From the NCBI GenBank assembly GCA_964427735.1, contig CAYRUS010000001.1, positions 666,756-730,755 on the forward strand: a stretch of 64,000 nt of DNA, written 5' to 3'. Shown one piece after another: positions 28,683-38,687 of the stretch (positions within the stretch are counted from its first letter, which is position 1; every line of letters starts with the position of its first letter). The notes under the pieces are model-generated. The model made no database searches and was not told the origin of the DNA. It saw only the letters and a program-made list of their open reading frames with translations. The stretch comes from an uncultured Gammaproteobacteria bacterium. GTDB taxonomy: Bacteria > Patescibacteriota > Microgenomatia > UBA8517. Position numbers and translations under genes: made by a program.

Positions 28683-30386
28683 ATGGATTTTTCAAAACTT
28701 TCAGAATACCTCGATAATCTAGAGCAAACGACTTCACGAAATGATATAACTGTTGTTTTATCAGACCTATTAAAGGAATCGAATGAAGAAGTTGTTGCGA
28801 AAGTAGTTTATTTGATTTTAGGAAAAATTTCTCCGTCTTATGAGTCAACCGTTTTTAATATTGCAGAAAGAATGGTTGTAGAGACTATAGCAAGGGCATA
28901 CGATACTACTAAAGAAGAAGTCATTAGTCTGTACAAAGAAAGAGGTGATTTGGGAGATGTTGCTTATTATTTAGCAGAAAAAGGAGAGAAAATACAAAAA
29001 CCTCTAGATGTGAATAGGGTTTTTGATGCACTTGTGGATATTGCCAAAGAAGATGGTCAAGGAAGTGTAGAGAAAAAAATATCAAAATTTGCAATTCTTC
29101 TAAAAAGTTTAGACCCATTGAGTGTAAAGTATGTGACAAGGATACCGTTGGGGAAATTAAGATTGGGTTTTAGTGAAAAAACTGTAATTGATGCTATTTC
29201 CTGGATGGAAAAAGGTGACAAGTCTGCTAGTAAGCAGTTGTCAAAAGCATATAATGTATTACCTGACGCAGGACTCCTTGCACAGAAAGCAAAAAAAGTT
29301 GGTATTGAAAAAGCTGTCAAAGAAATAGAGCCTCAGATTGGTGTGCCTATTCTTCCAATGCTTGCACAAAGGCTGAGGAGTGCAAAAGAAATGGTTGATA
29401 AAATGGGGGAAGTAGCAGTTGAACCTAAGCTGGATGGTTTGCGTCTTCAGATTCATTATAAGAAGGGTGAAAACCCAAAAGCCTTTACCAGAAATTTAAA
29501 CGAAACTTCTTGGATGTTTCCAGAACTTCAAAATATTAAACATGAAATTGATTCAGACGAAGTAATTTTAGATGTAGAAGCTGTTGGTTTGAGCGAAGAT
29601 ACAAAAAAACTAGCAAATTTTCAGACCACTATGACAAGAAGGCGAAAGCACGATATAGATGAATCGGCAGATAAAGTACCAATTAGGTTTTATGCTTTCG
29701 ATATTTTATTTAAAAATAATGAAGAACTTTTGCATCTAAAGTATCTAGAAAGAAGAAAGATATTAGAAGAAACTATTAAAAGTAAAGAGACTTTACAACT
29801 TGTGGATTATATAGTAACAGATAACCCAAAAATTATCATTCAAAAGCACCATGAATATTTAGCAGAAGGACTAGAGGGAATAATTGTAAAAAGCATAGAT
29901 GGTAAATATATATCCGGCAGGACTGGTTGGCGTTGGGTAAAGATGAAAGAGCCTGAGGGGAAAGAAGCAAAGCTTTCTGATACGATAGATGTTGTAGTTA
30001 TGGGTTACACTCAAGGGCGTGGAAAAAGAGCACAGTTTGGTATTGGGCAATTTTTAGCTGGAATTAGGGATGGTGAAGAAATAAAAACTGTAACAAAGGT
30101 GGGAACAGGATTAACTGATGATCAATTTCGCGAGCTACACCAAAGATTGGAGAAAATAAAGACAGTGAGTAAGCCAAGACAATATGAAGTGAATAAAAAT
30201 TTAGAACCAGATTTTTGGGTTGAGCCTAAACTTGTCGTAGAGCTTGCTGCAGATGAAATAACAAAAAGCCCAATCCATACTGCTGGGTATGCTCTAAGAT
30301 TTCCAAGACTTGTTAATTTCAGAGATGATAAAAGTGCAAAGGAAGCTACTACAATAAAAGAGTTGATGGATATTAGTGGATTATAA
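28683..30386 (+). CDS. ATP-dependent DNA ligase
   Basis: Adenylation motif I KLDGLR (VEPKLDGLRLQIHY), motif-IV-like EGIIVK, motif V/VI region; 567 aa. Confidence 0.8.
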   Translation: MDFSKLSEYLDNLEQTTSRNDITVVLSDLLKESNEEVVAKVVYLILGKISPSYESTVFNIAERMVVETIARAYDTTKEEVISLYKERGDLGDVAYYLAEKGEKIQKPLDVNRVFDALVDIAKEDGQGSVEKKISKFAILLKSLDPLSVKYVTRIPLGKLRLGFSEKTVIDAISWMEKGDKSASKQLSKAYNVLPDAGLLAQKAKKVGIEKAVKEIEPQIGVPILPMLAQRLRSAKEMVDKMGEVAVEPKLDGLRLQIHYKKGENPKAFTRNLNETSWMFPELQNIKHEIDSDEVILDVEAVGLSEDTKKLANFQTTMTRRRKHDIDESADKVPIRFYAFDILFKNNEELLHLKYLERRKILEETIKSKETLQLVDYIVTDNPKIIIQKHHEYLAEGLEGIIVKSIDGKYISGRTGWRWVKMKEPEGKEAKLSDTIDVVVMGYTQGRGKRAQFGIGQFLAGIRDGEEIKTVTKVGTGLTDDQFRELHQRLEKIKTVSKPRQYEVNKNLEPDFWVEPKLVVELAADEITKSPIHTAGYALRFPRLVNFRDDKSAKEATTIKELMDISGL

Positions 30387-30430
30387 GTGTATTTGATAAC
30401 TACTACATCCTATATTATAATATTTACACA

Positions 30431-30799
30431 ATGGTTGAGACAGGTAAACTAGGTGATTCAGAGTTAAATAACTTTTTGGATGAATATGGTGTGCCAGTAG
30501 TGGAAGGTGGAAACGTTGCAAATGATATTCGTTTCCATTTGTCTAAAGAATCAAGACCCGCGATTGCGTTTGTCCTTCGGTCCGTCGTCCCAACCAAAGA
30601 AGAAATTGAAAAGTTAGTAAAGCATGCAAGGATGACAGCTGAAAAATGGGGTGGAACTGGAGATTCAATTTATTATCCCGGAGCAAATACTATGCTTATT
30701 TGGAAAAATGAAGAGGGTGGTTGGTATGCCAAAAGAGCTTCGTGGATCCAAACTTATAAAGCCTACGAGTCTTTCGGGGAGCTACTGGAGAGTGTATAA
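30431..30799 (+). CDS. Hypothetical protein
   Basis: 122 aa ORF; no family recognised. Confidence 0.35.
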   Translation: MVETGKLGDSELNNFLDEYGVPVVEGGNVANDIRFHLSKESRPAIAFVLRSVVPTKEEIEKLVKHARMTAEKWGGTGDSIYYPGANTMLIWKNEEGGWYAKRASWIQTYKAYESFGELLESV

Positions 30800-30859
30800 G
30801 CAATAAAGTTTTAATATACCAATTTAAAAGAGAAGTTTGAATTGTGCTAGCATAAAGAT

Positions 30860-33325
30860 ATGCCAGTTGATTATCAGGGGCTTTCTACATCTGACGTTAA
30901 AGAATTATTAAAAAAGTTTGGGCAGAATAAACTCCCCGAAAAACCTCCACCATCTGACCTTAAAATATTCCTTGAACAACTTAAAAGTCCGCTAGTATAT
31001 GTTCTTTTTGCTGCTGGAATCGTGACCCTTGTTTTGGGACACTTGTCAGATACCTGGATCATTATGTTTGCTGTTGTTGTAAATACAATACTTGGATTTG
31101 TGCAAGAAAGGAAAGCAAACAAAGCTTTGGAAGCACTAAAAAAACTGGTTCATCCAACATCCGAAGTAATAAGAGATGGAAAAACTGTAAAAATTGATGC
31201 TAGTGAAATTGTGCCAGGAGATATTGTAATTTTAAACACAGGTTCAAAAATTCCTGCTGATGGAGTATTGATACATGCGAGTCGCTTTTTTGTGAATGAA
31301 GCTGTATTGACTGGAGAATCTTCCTCTATAGAAAAAGACACAAAAGATACGGTGTTTATGGGAACGGTTGTCGCTTCTGGTAGAGGTATGATGAAAGTAG
31401 AACATACTGGATCAGATACCCAAATCGGTAAAATTGCAAAACAAGTTCAGGAACCTTCAGATGATACTCCTTTAAAAAGGCAGCTTGAAAAGTTAAGCAA
31501 ACAGTTATCTTTATTAGTTTTTATTCTTACACTTGCGGTATTTGTAATTGGAGTTATCAGAGGAAAAAATTTATCTGAAATATTTGCCACCTCTGTTGCT
31601 TTGGCAGTATCTGCTATTCCTGAAGGATTGCTGGTGGGGTTGACAGTTGTTTTGGCAATCGGTATGCAAAGAATTCTTGCCAAAAAGGGCTTGATGAGAA
31701 ATCTTGTTTCTACAGAGACTTTAGGTAGTGTAACTGTTATCTGCACAGATAAAACAGGAACACTTACAAAGGGAAAGGTTAAAGTAACTGAGTATATAGG
31801 AAACGAGGAAGATTTGGTTATGCAATCGATTATAGCTAATGATATGGATGATCCAATAGTAATTGCTGCTTATGAATGGGCAAATTCAAGTAAAGCAAAA
31901 AATGAGAGTATTGAAGTTTATGCTAAAAAGCATTCAAGATTAGATTCTATCCCTTTTTCTTCAAGTGATAGATTCTTTGCCAGTCTTAATAATGGTAAAA
32001 AAACAAATACTCTTTTTGTAAATGGTGCTCCTGAGTTTATTTTAGATTGGTCCAATTTAACAAAAACACAAAAAACAGAACTAAAGCAAAAAATTGATGA
32101 ATTATCAGGAAAAGGCAGAAGGCTTGTGGGTTATGCAAGAAAAAGTGTGCCTTCTAAAAAAGATAAAATATCAAAAAATGATGTAGTTAAAGACCTTGAA
32201 TTTGTTGGAATCCTTTCCTTTAGTGATCCTGTTCGTGAAGGGGTGAAACAGGCATTTGAGAAAACAACTAAAGCTGGAATAGAAACTATTGTAATCACCG
32301 GAGATTACTCACAGACTGCAGTACATGTGATGAAGGAATTGGGAATTGAGGTTTCTAATTCTGAAATTATGGTTGGAAGTGAACTCTCAAAATTAACTGA
32401 CAGAGAACTTAGAAAAAGATTGAAAAATGACGGACATTTGGGCATTAAATTATTCGCAAGAACAACTCCTGATCAAAAACTTAAAATTGTAAAAGCACTC
32501 AAGGAAAACGGAGAAATAGTAGCTATGATGGGAGATGGTGTTAATGATGCTCCAGCTCTAAAAAAGGCAGACATTGGTATCGTAGTAGAAGAAGCCACAG
32601 ATGTAGCAAAAGAAACGGCAGATATGGTTTTGCTTGATTCTAGTTTTGAAACTATTGTTGCAGCAGTAGAAGAGGGTAGAGGAATATTTGATAACATTCG
32701 AAAAATACTTTTATATCTTATGAGTGATGCTTTTGGGGCTATTGTTGCTGTAGTGGGTACAATTTTGTTTAATCTTCCACTTCCTGTTACCGCTTCACAA
32801 ATTTTGTGGATTAATCTTATTTCAGATGGATTTCCTGACTTAGCACTTACAGTGGATCCCAAAGCGGGAGACTTGATGCAAAGACCTCCCCGGCGCGCTG
32901 ATGAACCAATAATGGCAGATTGGATGAAAGCTTTGATTGCTATTATTTCATTTGTTACAGGTGTAATTACACTTGGAATGTTTATTTATTACCTTAGGTT
33001 AACAGGAGATGAAACTTTTGCCCGTTCTGTAGCATTTTTAACATTGGGTCTTAATTCACTTGTCTTTGTTTTTTCTGTAAGAACGCTAAGCAAGCCATTT
33101 TGGAAATCAAACCCGTTTAAAAACAACTGGCTTAATTTGGCTGTGTTTGGGGGCTTATTGTTGCAGTTTGTGCCGTATGCAACCAATAGCACAAGGACAT
33201 TTTTTAATATTGTCTTTCCTGGGTGGCAACCTCTAATGTATGCTTTTATTGGTGCTCTTTTTACATTCATGATGATTGAGGTTCTCAAATCTTTTATTAG
33301 AAAAGTTTCTTGGTTTCAGAGTTAG
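30860..33325 (+). CDS. P-type ATPase, cation-transporting (P2-like Ca2+/Mg2+ type)
   Basis: Phosphorylation motif CTDKTGTLT, TGES actuator motif, hinge MGDGVNDAPALKKADIG, 8-10 TM segments; 821 aa. Confidence 0.85.
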   Translation: MPVDYQGLSTSDVKELLKKFGQNKLPEKPPPSDLKIFLEQLKSPLVYVLFAAGIVTLVLGHLSDTWIIMFAVVVNTILGFVQERKANKALEALKKLVHPTSEVIRDGKTVKIDASEIVPGDIVILNTGSKIPADGVLIHASRFFVNEAVLTGESSSIEKDTKDTVFMGTVVASGRGMMKVEHTGSDTQIGKIAKQVQEPSDDTPLKRQLEKLSKQLSLLVFILTLAVFVIGVIRGKNLSEIFATSVALAVSAIPEGLLVGLTVVLAIGMQRILAKKGLMRNLVSTETLGSVTVICTDKTGTLTKGKVKVTEYIGNEEDLVMQSIIANDMDDPIVIAAYEWANSSKAKNESIEVYAKKHSRLDSIPFSSSDRFFASLNNGKKTNTLFVNGAPEFILDWSNLTKTQKTELKQKIDELSGKGRRLVGYARKSVPSKKDKISKNDVVKDLEFVGILSFSDPVREGVKQAFEKTTKAGIETIVITGDYSQTAVHVMKELGIEVSNSEIMVGSELSKLTDRELRKRLKNDGHLGIKLFARTTPDQKLKIVKALKENGEIVAMMGDGVNDAPALKKADIGIVVEEATDVAKETADMVLLDSSFETIVAAVEEGRGIFDNIRKILLYLMSDAFGAIVAVVGTILFNLPLPVTASQILWINLISDGFPDLALTVDPKAGDLMQRPPRRADEPIMADWMKALIAIISFVTGVITLGMFIYYLRLTGDETFARSVAFLTLGLNSLVFVFSVRTLSKPFWKSNPFKNNWLNLAVFGGLLLQFVPYATNSTRTFFNIVFPGWQPLMYAFIGALFTFMMIEVLKSFIRKVSWFQS

Positions 33326-33433
33326 GTACTTTGTTTTGAGCTATGTGACTAAATTGATAAAGCAGTCTTTAATAGTATAAAGTTTATAATGCGTTGTCTA
33401 AGAGAATAGAGGAACAAAGAATTTATAAAGGGG

Positions 33434-33790
33434 GTGATCAGTATGGCAGCAAAAAAACAGTCAGAATTAGGTTTAAAGAAAGAAGTAGAAGCAGCAATTG
33501 CAGTTGTTTTTGGAGCTACAATTATAGTGCCTTTGGCTTTGTTTATTATTGAAAAAGATAAGTTTGTAAAATTTTGGGCTATGCAGTCAATCCTATTTGT
33601 ATTAGCGGTGGTAGCGTTAGAGACTATTTTTACAGCCACAATTGTATTAATTGTTTTAGTTCCTATCTTAATGGTGGCAGCATTTCTTCTTTGGTTAGCG
33701 ATGGTTTATAAGGCATGGATGGGAGATATGTGGGAAGTGCCTATAATTGGAAAAATATCCAACTCACTAATAAAGAAGATAAATTTCTAA
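33434..33790 (+). CDS. DUF4870-like small membrane protein
   Basis: FWAMQSILF and C-terminal MVYKAWMGDMWEVPIIG segments resemble the DUF4870 family; 2-3 TM helices. Confidence 0.45.
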   Translation: MISMAAKKQSELGLKKEVEAAIAVVFGATIIVPLALFIIEKDKFVKFWAMQSILFVLAVVALETIFTATIVLIVLVPILMVAAFLLWLAMVYKAWMGDMWEVPIIGKISNSLIKKINF

Positions 33791-33802
33791 TTACTGATAC
33801 CC

Positions 33803-34330
33803 ATGAAGATAATTGCAGGATTAGGTAACCCAGGAGATAACTATGTAAACTCGCGCCATAATATTGGTTTTATGGTTCTGGATTTTCTAAACCAAGACAA
33901 TCGTTGGTCTAAAAGTAAAAATTCTAAGTTTGTTTATTCCAAGAAAATAATCAGCGGTAAAAGCGTAGAGCTGATAAAACCTCAAACATTTATGAACAAT
34001 AGCGGGTTAGCTGTTGGAGAGGTCATTAAAAAACACAAAGGTTTTTCGACTAAAGATCTTTGTGTTATTCATGATGATCTTGACATTACGCTAGGTAAAT
34101 GGAAAATAGACTTTGGGAAGGGTCCCAAAGAACATAACGGTATTTTATCAATTGAAGAAACTCTAAAAACAAAAGACTTCTGGAGAATAAGAGTGGGAGT
34201 TGATAACCGTACAGTAGAGAATAGAATTCCAGGTGAATCCTATGTGTTGCAAAAATTTAGCAAAAATGAATTACAAATTATTGAAAATTTGATGCCGGAG
34301 ATTAGACAAAAGTTATTAGAAAAAATATAA
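33803..34330 (+). CDS. pth: Peptidyl-tRNA hydrolase
   Basis: MKIIAGLGNPGDNYVNSRHNIGFMVLD N-terminal signature (catalytic His in the RHNIG motif), D in VIHDDLD; 175 aa. Confidence 0.85.
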   Translation: MKIIAGLGNPGDNYVNSRHNIGFMVLDFLNQDNRWSKSKNSKFVYSKKIISGKSVELIKPQTFMNNSGLAVGEVIKKHKGFSTKDLCVIHDDLDITLGKWKIDFGKGPKEHNGILSIEETLKTKDFWRIRVGVDNRTVENRIPGESYVLQKFSKNELQIIENLMPEIRQKLLEKI

Positions 34331-35536
34331 ATGATTATATGGTTTTATACACACTTTGTAGATCTTTATAAGCCGAACAATGACTTATTTAGGCTTTTTT
34401 TGTCTTCAGTTAGTCGTAGGGTTTCTCAGACTTTAGTCTCTGTTTTTTCTTCTGTTTATATCTATAAATTGCTTATTGACCGTGGATATGAGTCAAGGAT
34501 CGGTGTGGTTTCTGTTTTACTTTTTCATTGCATAATTTATCTAACAAAGCTTGTTACTATGTTCATTGCAGAAAATTATAGTCTTAAATATGGATTGAAA
34601 AATGCTATTAAATTTTCATTTTTTCCATTTTTGATTTCAATAGCCTGTATTATTTTTGCTAACCAAAATATTTACCTTATTTTATTATCTGCATTTTTTT
34701 GGGGTATCCATGCTGGATTTTATTGGTTAGGTTTCCATGGTTATTTTGTTAAAGCTGCTGATATCAATCATTTTGGAAGGAGTATTGGTCAGGTTGAATT
34801 ATTGCAAACAATAGCTGCTATTTTATCACCGGTAGGAGGGGCATTTGTAGTAGGATTATTTGGATTTAATTCCTTGTTTGCTATGGCAGTTGTCTTTATG
34901 GTTGTTGCAATTTTGCTTTTAAGAGGTACTGCCGAATACAAACATAAAACTGATGTCACAATTAATGAATTGCTAAAAAGTATAAAAAGGCACTACAAGA
35001 TTTATCTTGCTTATATTGGAGGCGGTGTTGAAGCTGCTGCGTATTTAATTATTTGGCCATTGTTTTTGTATTTAATTTTAGAGGGAGTTGTTAAAATGGG
35101 GATAACCATGTCTGCAGCAGTTACTTTGGCTGCTGTTTTTGGATTGGTAACAGGTGATATCACTGATAAAAAGGGAGAGAAAAAATTAATTTACTTAGGT
35201 GTTCCTTTAGTTACTTCTTCTTGGTTGATAAAATCATTTTTGAGTTTAATTCCTGTATATGTGCTTTCTGATAGTTTGTGGAGTTTTGGTCAGAAAATGG
35301 TAGCCTTGCCACTTGGGGCACTAACATACAAAAAAGCTTCAGAGAAGAAAGCTGCAGAAGCGATTATATTTAGAGAAACAGGTTTGAATTTAGGAGCCTT
35401 AGTTGGCTTTTTTATTTTAATCTTAGTGTATTATTTTACTGAGAGTTTTAGGCTTGTATTTTTTGTTGTTGCATTAATTAGTTTACTACCATTATTGTCC
35501 TTAACGTTAGGAGGTTTAGATGGCCAACAAGAATGA
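34331..35536 (+). CDS. Polytopic membrane protein, MFS-transporter-like
   Basis: 401 aa with about 10-12 hydrophobic helices; start abuts pth stop. Confidence 0.4.
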   Translation: MIIWFYTHFVDLYKPNNDLFRLFLSSVSRRVSQTLVSVFSSVYIYKLLIDRGYESRIGVVSVLLFHCIIYLTKLVTMFIAENYSLKYGLKNAIKFSFFPFLISIACIIFANQNIYLILLSAFFWGIHAGFYWLGFHGYFVKAADINHFGRSIGQVELLQTIAAILSPVGGAFVVGLFGFNSLFAMAVVFMVVAILLLRGTAEYKHKTDVTINELLKSIKRHYKIYLAYIGGGVEAAAYLIIWPLFLYLILEGVVKMGITMSAAVTLAAVFGLVTGDITDKKGEKKLIYLGVPLVTSSWLIKSFLSLIPVYVLSDSLWSFGQKMVALPLGALTYKKASEKKAAEAIIFRETGLNLGALVGFFILILVYYFTESFRLVFFVVALISLLPLLSLTLGGLDGQQE

Positions 35537-35813
35537 TTTTACACCAATTAAAGATGCTCTGAAAATTTATAAAAAAGTAGAGGACAAATATATTTCAAGA
35601 GAGTTTCAAGAGTATGGATATGAATTGGCACAAGAGTTAAAGGATCTTAAAAATAAGTCTTTATATATAAAATTAGCAAAAGAAACACCACGCGGATTGT
35701 TGGAAGCTGCACGTAGTTTTGTAAAAGATGCAAATAATGTTAGATCACCAGGAAAACTCTTTATGTGGAAATTGCAGGAGTTGAAGAAAAGTAAGCATAA
35801 TAGGAAAAAATAA
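35520..35813 (+). CDS. Hypothetical small protein
   Basis: 97 aa, overlaps upstream gene by 17 nt; Lys-rich. Confidence 0.35.
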   Translation: MANKNDFTPIKDALKIYKKVEDKYISREFQEYGYELAQELKDLKNKSLYIKLAKETPRGLLEAARSFVKDANNVRSPGKLFMWKLQELKKSKHNRKK

Positions 35814-35895
35814 CCTTAATAAAGATATGGGATTTTATCGATATAATTTAATTTGTAAAAAGGGTGTTTTATGAGGATTTATACACTATAGTAGT

Positions 35896-36196
35896 TATGA
35901 TGGATGGTTCTGCAGAATTAAGGCATACCCCAGAAGTGGCCCCACCCGATAACTTTGATGTTGATATTTACCCTGGTCATGGAAATATAGGTTAATGGAA
36001 GACTAGAGAGGATTGAACGACGAATCGAAGAATTGGGAAGAAGCTCTGGATTAGTACCACTCCTAAAGGCAAGAATCTGGAGGCTTTATACAAATGAATT
36101 AACTAACACGCTTTCTTATTTAGTTGATGTGGCTAATGAGTTAAGAGAAAAAAATATGAGGTTGGATAATATAGAAGACCAAAGGTTTAAAGGATA
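35896..36196 (+). pseudogene. Small gene split by a +1 frameshift near 35990 (MMDGSAELRHTPEVAPPDNFDVDIYPGHGNIG* then ...NGRLERIERRIEELGRSSGLVPLLKARIWRLYTNELTNTLSYLVDVANELREKNMRLDNIEDQRFKG*)
   Basis: Two adjacent open frames, one without an ATG, read by hand; neither is in the ORF track (less than 60 aa with Met). Otherwise this 418-nt stretch is unannotated. Confidence 0.3.
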
Positions 36197-36231
36197 AAAT
36201 TAAAAAAGAACAAGAAAAAGAAAAAGAAGCA

Positions 36232-36474
36232 GTGCAAAGCTATACTGTTGGGAAAATAGTCGAAGATCTAAAAGTGTATGAAGAGGAGTTTGAAAAGACT
36301 GATATTCAGTTACCGAATGAAGTTAAAGACCTAACGATAGATCAAATATACGAGCTACTGACGAGATCATATAAAGAATCTGGGAGATTTGATACCATTC
36401 CAAACAATCCTTTTGGAAATGGTGAACTAAGGAAGCTTTTCTTAATAAAATATAATAGTCCATATAGTGTATAG
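36232..36474 (+). CDS. Hypothetical small protein (apparently non-ATG start)
   Basis: 80 aa ORF. The first codon in the printed sequence reads GTG; the translation is QSYTVGKIVEDLKVYEEEFEK... Confidence 0.3.
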   Translation: MQSYTVGKIVEDLKVYEEEFEKTDIQLPNEVKDLTIDQIYELLTRSYKESGRFDTIPNNPFGNGELRKLFLIKYNSPYSV

Positions 36475-36540
36475 TTTTTCTCCTTTATTTTATTTCTTTT
36501 CAAGCAATTCTTTGATTTGTCTTCTACATGATTTAAACTG

Positions 36541-37524
36541 GTGAATATGGAAATTGGGTTTACTCAGATGAATTGGGTGGATTTGGCTATCTTTGCCATA
36601 CTTATTTACTATGCATTTGAAGGGGTAAGGCATGGGTTTTGGTCTGTTTTTGCAGGGTTTATTTCATTTGCTTCTTCGTTGATAATAGCATTGAAATTTT
36701 ATCCTGTGGCGACAGTCTTGTTGAGATCTAATTTTTCTATCTCTCATTCGATTTCTAATGCTTTAGGATTTTTGTTTTTAGCACTGATTACAGAAATATT
36801 ATTAAGCTTTTTTATGGATTTTGTGATCAAAAAACTTCCTGAAGGATTCCAACAAATTAAGTTTTCGCGTATTGTTGCTATTCTTCCTGCCGTAGGTGAA
36901 GGATTGGTACTAGTTTCATTTGGGTTGACTCTTTTAATGGGTTTACCTATTGCCCCCACAGTAAAGGATTCTGCTGCAAGCTCAAAAATTGGTAATGTGA
37001 TTTTGAACAGGACATCCACACTGGAATCAAAGATGGGTGAAATATTTGGAGGTGTAATTGAAGATTCATTGACCCATTTAACAGTGAAGCCGGGAAGTGG
37101 AGATACAGTTCCTCTTCATATAAGTTCTTTTAATCTTACAACAGAACCAGAAACTGAGAAGGCGATGCTTAAGCTTATAAACAAAGAAAGAAAAGAAAGA
37201 GGAATAAAGGAACTTACGATGAGAAATGAGACAATCCCAGTTGCTCGTTCTCATGCTGAGGATATGTGGAGACAGCAATATTTTAGCCATTACTCACCTG
37301 ACGGAAAAGATATAGGTGATCGATTAGAACAGGCTGATATCAGCTATTCTTTTGCAGGAGAAAATCTTGCACTAGCTCCTACTTTGTCAATGGCCCATAC
37401 AGGACTTATGAATTCTGAGGGGCATAGGGAAAACATACTAGAAGAAGACTTTAAACAGGTTGGGATTGGAGTAATTGATAATGGAGTTTATGGCAAGATG
37501 TTTGTCCAGGTATTTACAGATTAA
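36541..37524 (+). CDS. Fusion of CvpA-family membrane domain and extracytoplasmic CAP/SCP (PR-1-like) domain
   Basis: N-terminus MNWVDLAIFAILIYYAFEGVRHGF typical of CvpA (colicin V production) plus 4 TM. C-terminal region with HAEDMW...YFSHYSPDG...AGENLA...GHRENIL motifs typical of CAP domain proteins. Confidence 0.5.
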   Translation: MNMEIGFTQMNWVDLAIFAILIYYAFEGVRHGFWSVFAGFISFASSLIIALKFYPVATVLLRSNFSISHSISNALGFLFLALITEILLSFFMDFVIKKLPEGFQQIKFSRIVAILPAVGEGLVLVSFGLTLLMGLPIAPTVKDSAASSKIGNVILNRTSTLESKMGEIFGGVIEDSLTHLTVKPGSGDTVPLHISSFNLTTEPETEKAMLKLINKERKERGIKELTMRNETIPVARSHAEDMWRQQYFSHYSPDGKDIGDRLEQADISYSFAGENLALAPTLSMAHTGLMNSEGHRENILEEDFKQVGIGVIDNGVYGKMFVQVFTD

Positions 37525-37561
37525 TTTATTTAGATAATAATTAACTAAGCTTGTAAACTTA

Positions 37562-38098
37562 ATGAAAAGCAAGATAAGTATTATTTCTATAATTGTTTTA
37601 CTATTTCTTATAGGAATGCTCGTATATTCTCTTCTGACTCTAAGGGAAAGACAGTCCGTCAATACAGAAGCTTCAGTTTCAAATATAAAAGTATTTGTAT
37701 CTCCTGCAGAGCAAACGATAAGAGATGGTGCATTTTTTTCAGTACTAGCGGATAGCGAAGCTGCTTTTGAAGAAGTTATGGTAACAATTAACTTTAACAA
37801 TGAACTTATCCATTTAGAAAGTGATCCACAACTCATGGATGATAATATGCAGATTATTAGTATAACTTCAGCGGAGGAGTCAAACCAAAGTGGTGTTGTC
37901 AAAGCTCACTTGAAATCAAAGAATGGACTCAAAAGTGGAGTTGTTCAGCTTTTAGGTATGGACTTTAAGAATTTGGTATCTGGTCCTTTAGAGACAACGA
38001 TACATGTTAATCAAGAAACTTCCTTGATTGATTCGCAAGGCAATAAAATTGAGTTGAATGTTGAACACTCAAGTGTATCCTTAAGAAAATCAGAATAA
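37562..38098 (+). CDS. Hypothetical secreted/membrane-anchored protein
   Basis: 178 aa, N-terminal hydrophobic helix, then a beta-rich-looking soluble domain. Confidence 0.4.
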   Translation: MKSKISIISIIVLLFLIGMLVYSLLTLRERQSVNTEASVSNIKVFVSPAEQTIRDGAFFSVLADSEAAFEEVMVTINFNNELIHLESDPQLMDDNMQIISITSAEESNQSGVVKAHLKSKNGLKSGVVQLLGMDFKNLVSGPLETTIHVNQETSLIDSQGNKIELNVEHSSVSLRKSE

Positions 38099-38132
38099 CG
38101 TTTTTTATTCTAATGTGATATAAATAGGAGTA

Positions 38133-38666
38133 GTGAAGAAGGAAATCATAACTCATTTTGGGTTTCTTTTTGCTATTTTTGCTGCAATAATTTTGTTACA
38201 GAAATGGTTTGATCTAAGGGCTTTGTATTTTTTAATAGGAGGTGTTTTTGGTACATTATTGCCAGATATTGACCATTTAATTTATGTATATTTTCTTCGA
38301 CCTCACGAACTGGGTTCACAAAGAGTTAATTATATGCTACAAAAAAATGATTTCATTGGATCGGCAAAACTGCTTGTGGATACCAGAGAGGAACGTAAAA
38401 AATTAATTTTTCATACTGCTTTGTTTCAGTTGTTGTTTTTATTATTGGCACTATTTGTAGTTACTTCTTCTGGTAGTATCTTTGGTGCTGGAATTGTACT
38501 TGCATTTTTTCTCCATCTTTTAGTGGATCACTATATTGACTATAAGAGCAAAGAATCTGTTTCTAATTGGTTTCAAAACTTTCCGTTTCCTATGGACAAA
38601 GAAAAGGAAAAATTGTATCTTATTGCAGTAGGTGTTTCTTTTATCCTACTTGTAGTTTTGCTATAA
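38133..38666 (+). CDS. Membrane protein, possibly membrane-bound metal-dependent hydrolase (DUF457/YdjM-like)
   Basis: THFGFLFA...LLPDIDHLIYV...HLLVDHYID His/Asp-rich motifs in TM context. Confidence 0.35.
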   Translation: MKKEIITHFGFLFAIFAAIILLQKWFDLRALYFLIGGVFGTLLPDIDHLIYVYFLRPHELGSQRVNYMLQKNDFIGSAKLLVDTREERKKLIFHTALFQLLFLLLALFVVTSSGSIFGAGIVLAFFLHLLVDHYIDYKSKESVSNWFQNFPFPMDKEKEKLYLIAVGVSFILLVVLL

Positions 38667-38687
38667 ATTTAAGTGAACAGCTAACCT

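Noticed and set aside
36232-36474. Printed sequence and ORF-track coordinates disagree by one base here
   Set aside because: My hand count puts the GTG start at 36231 and implies a reading-frame slip inside this ORF; the track gives 36232 and a continuous protein. I attribute this to my manual counting rather than to the sequence. Coordinates I derived by hand (tRNAs, repeats) may be off by 1-2 nt.
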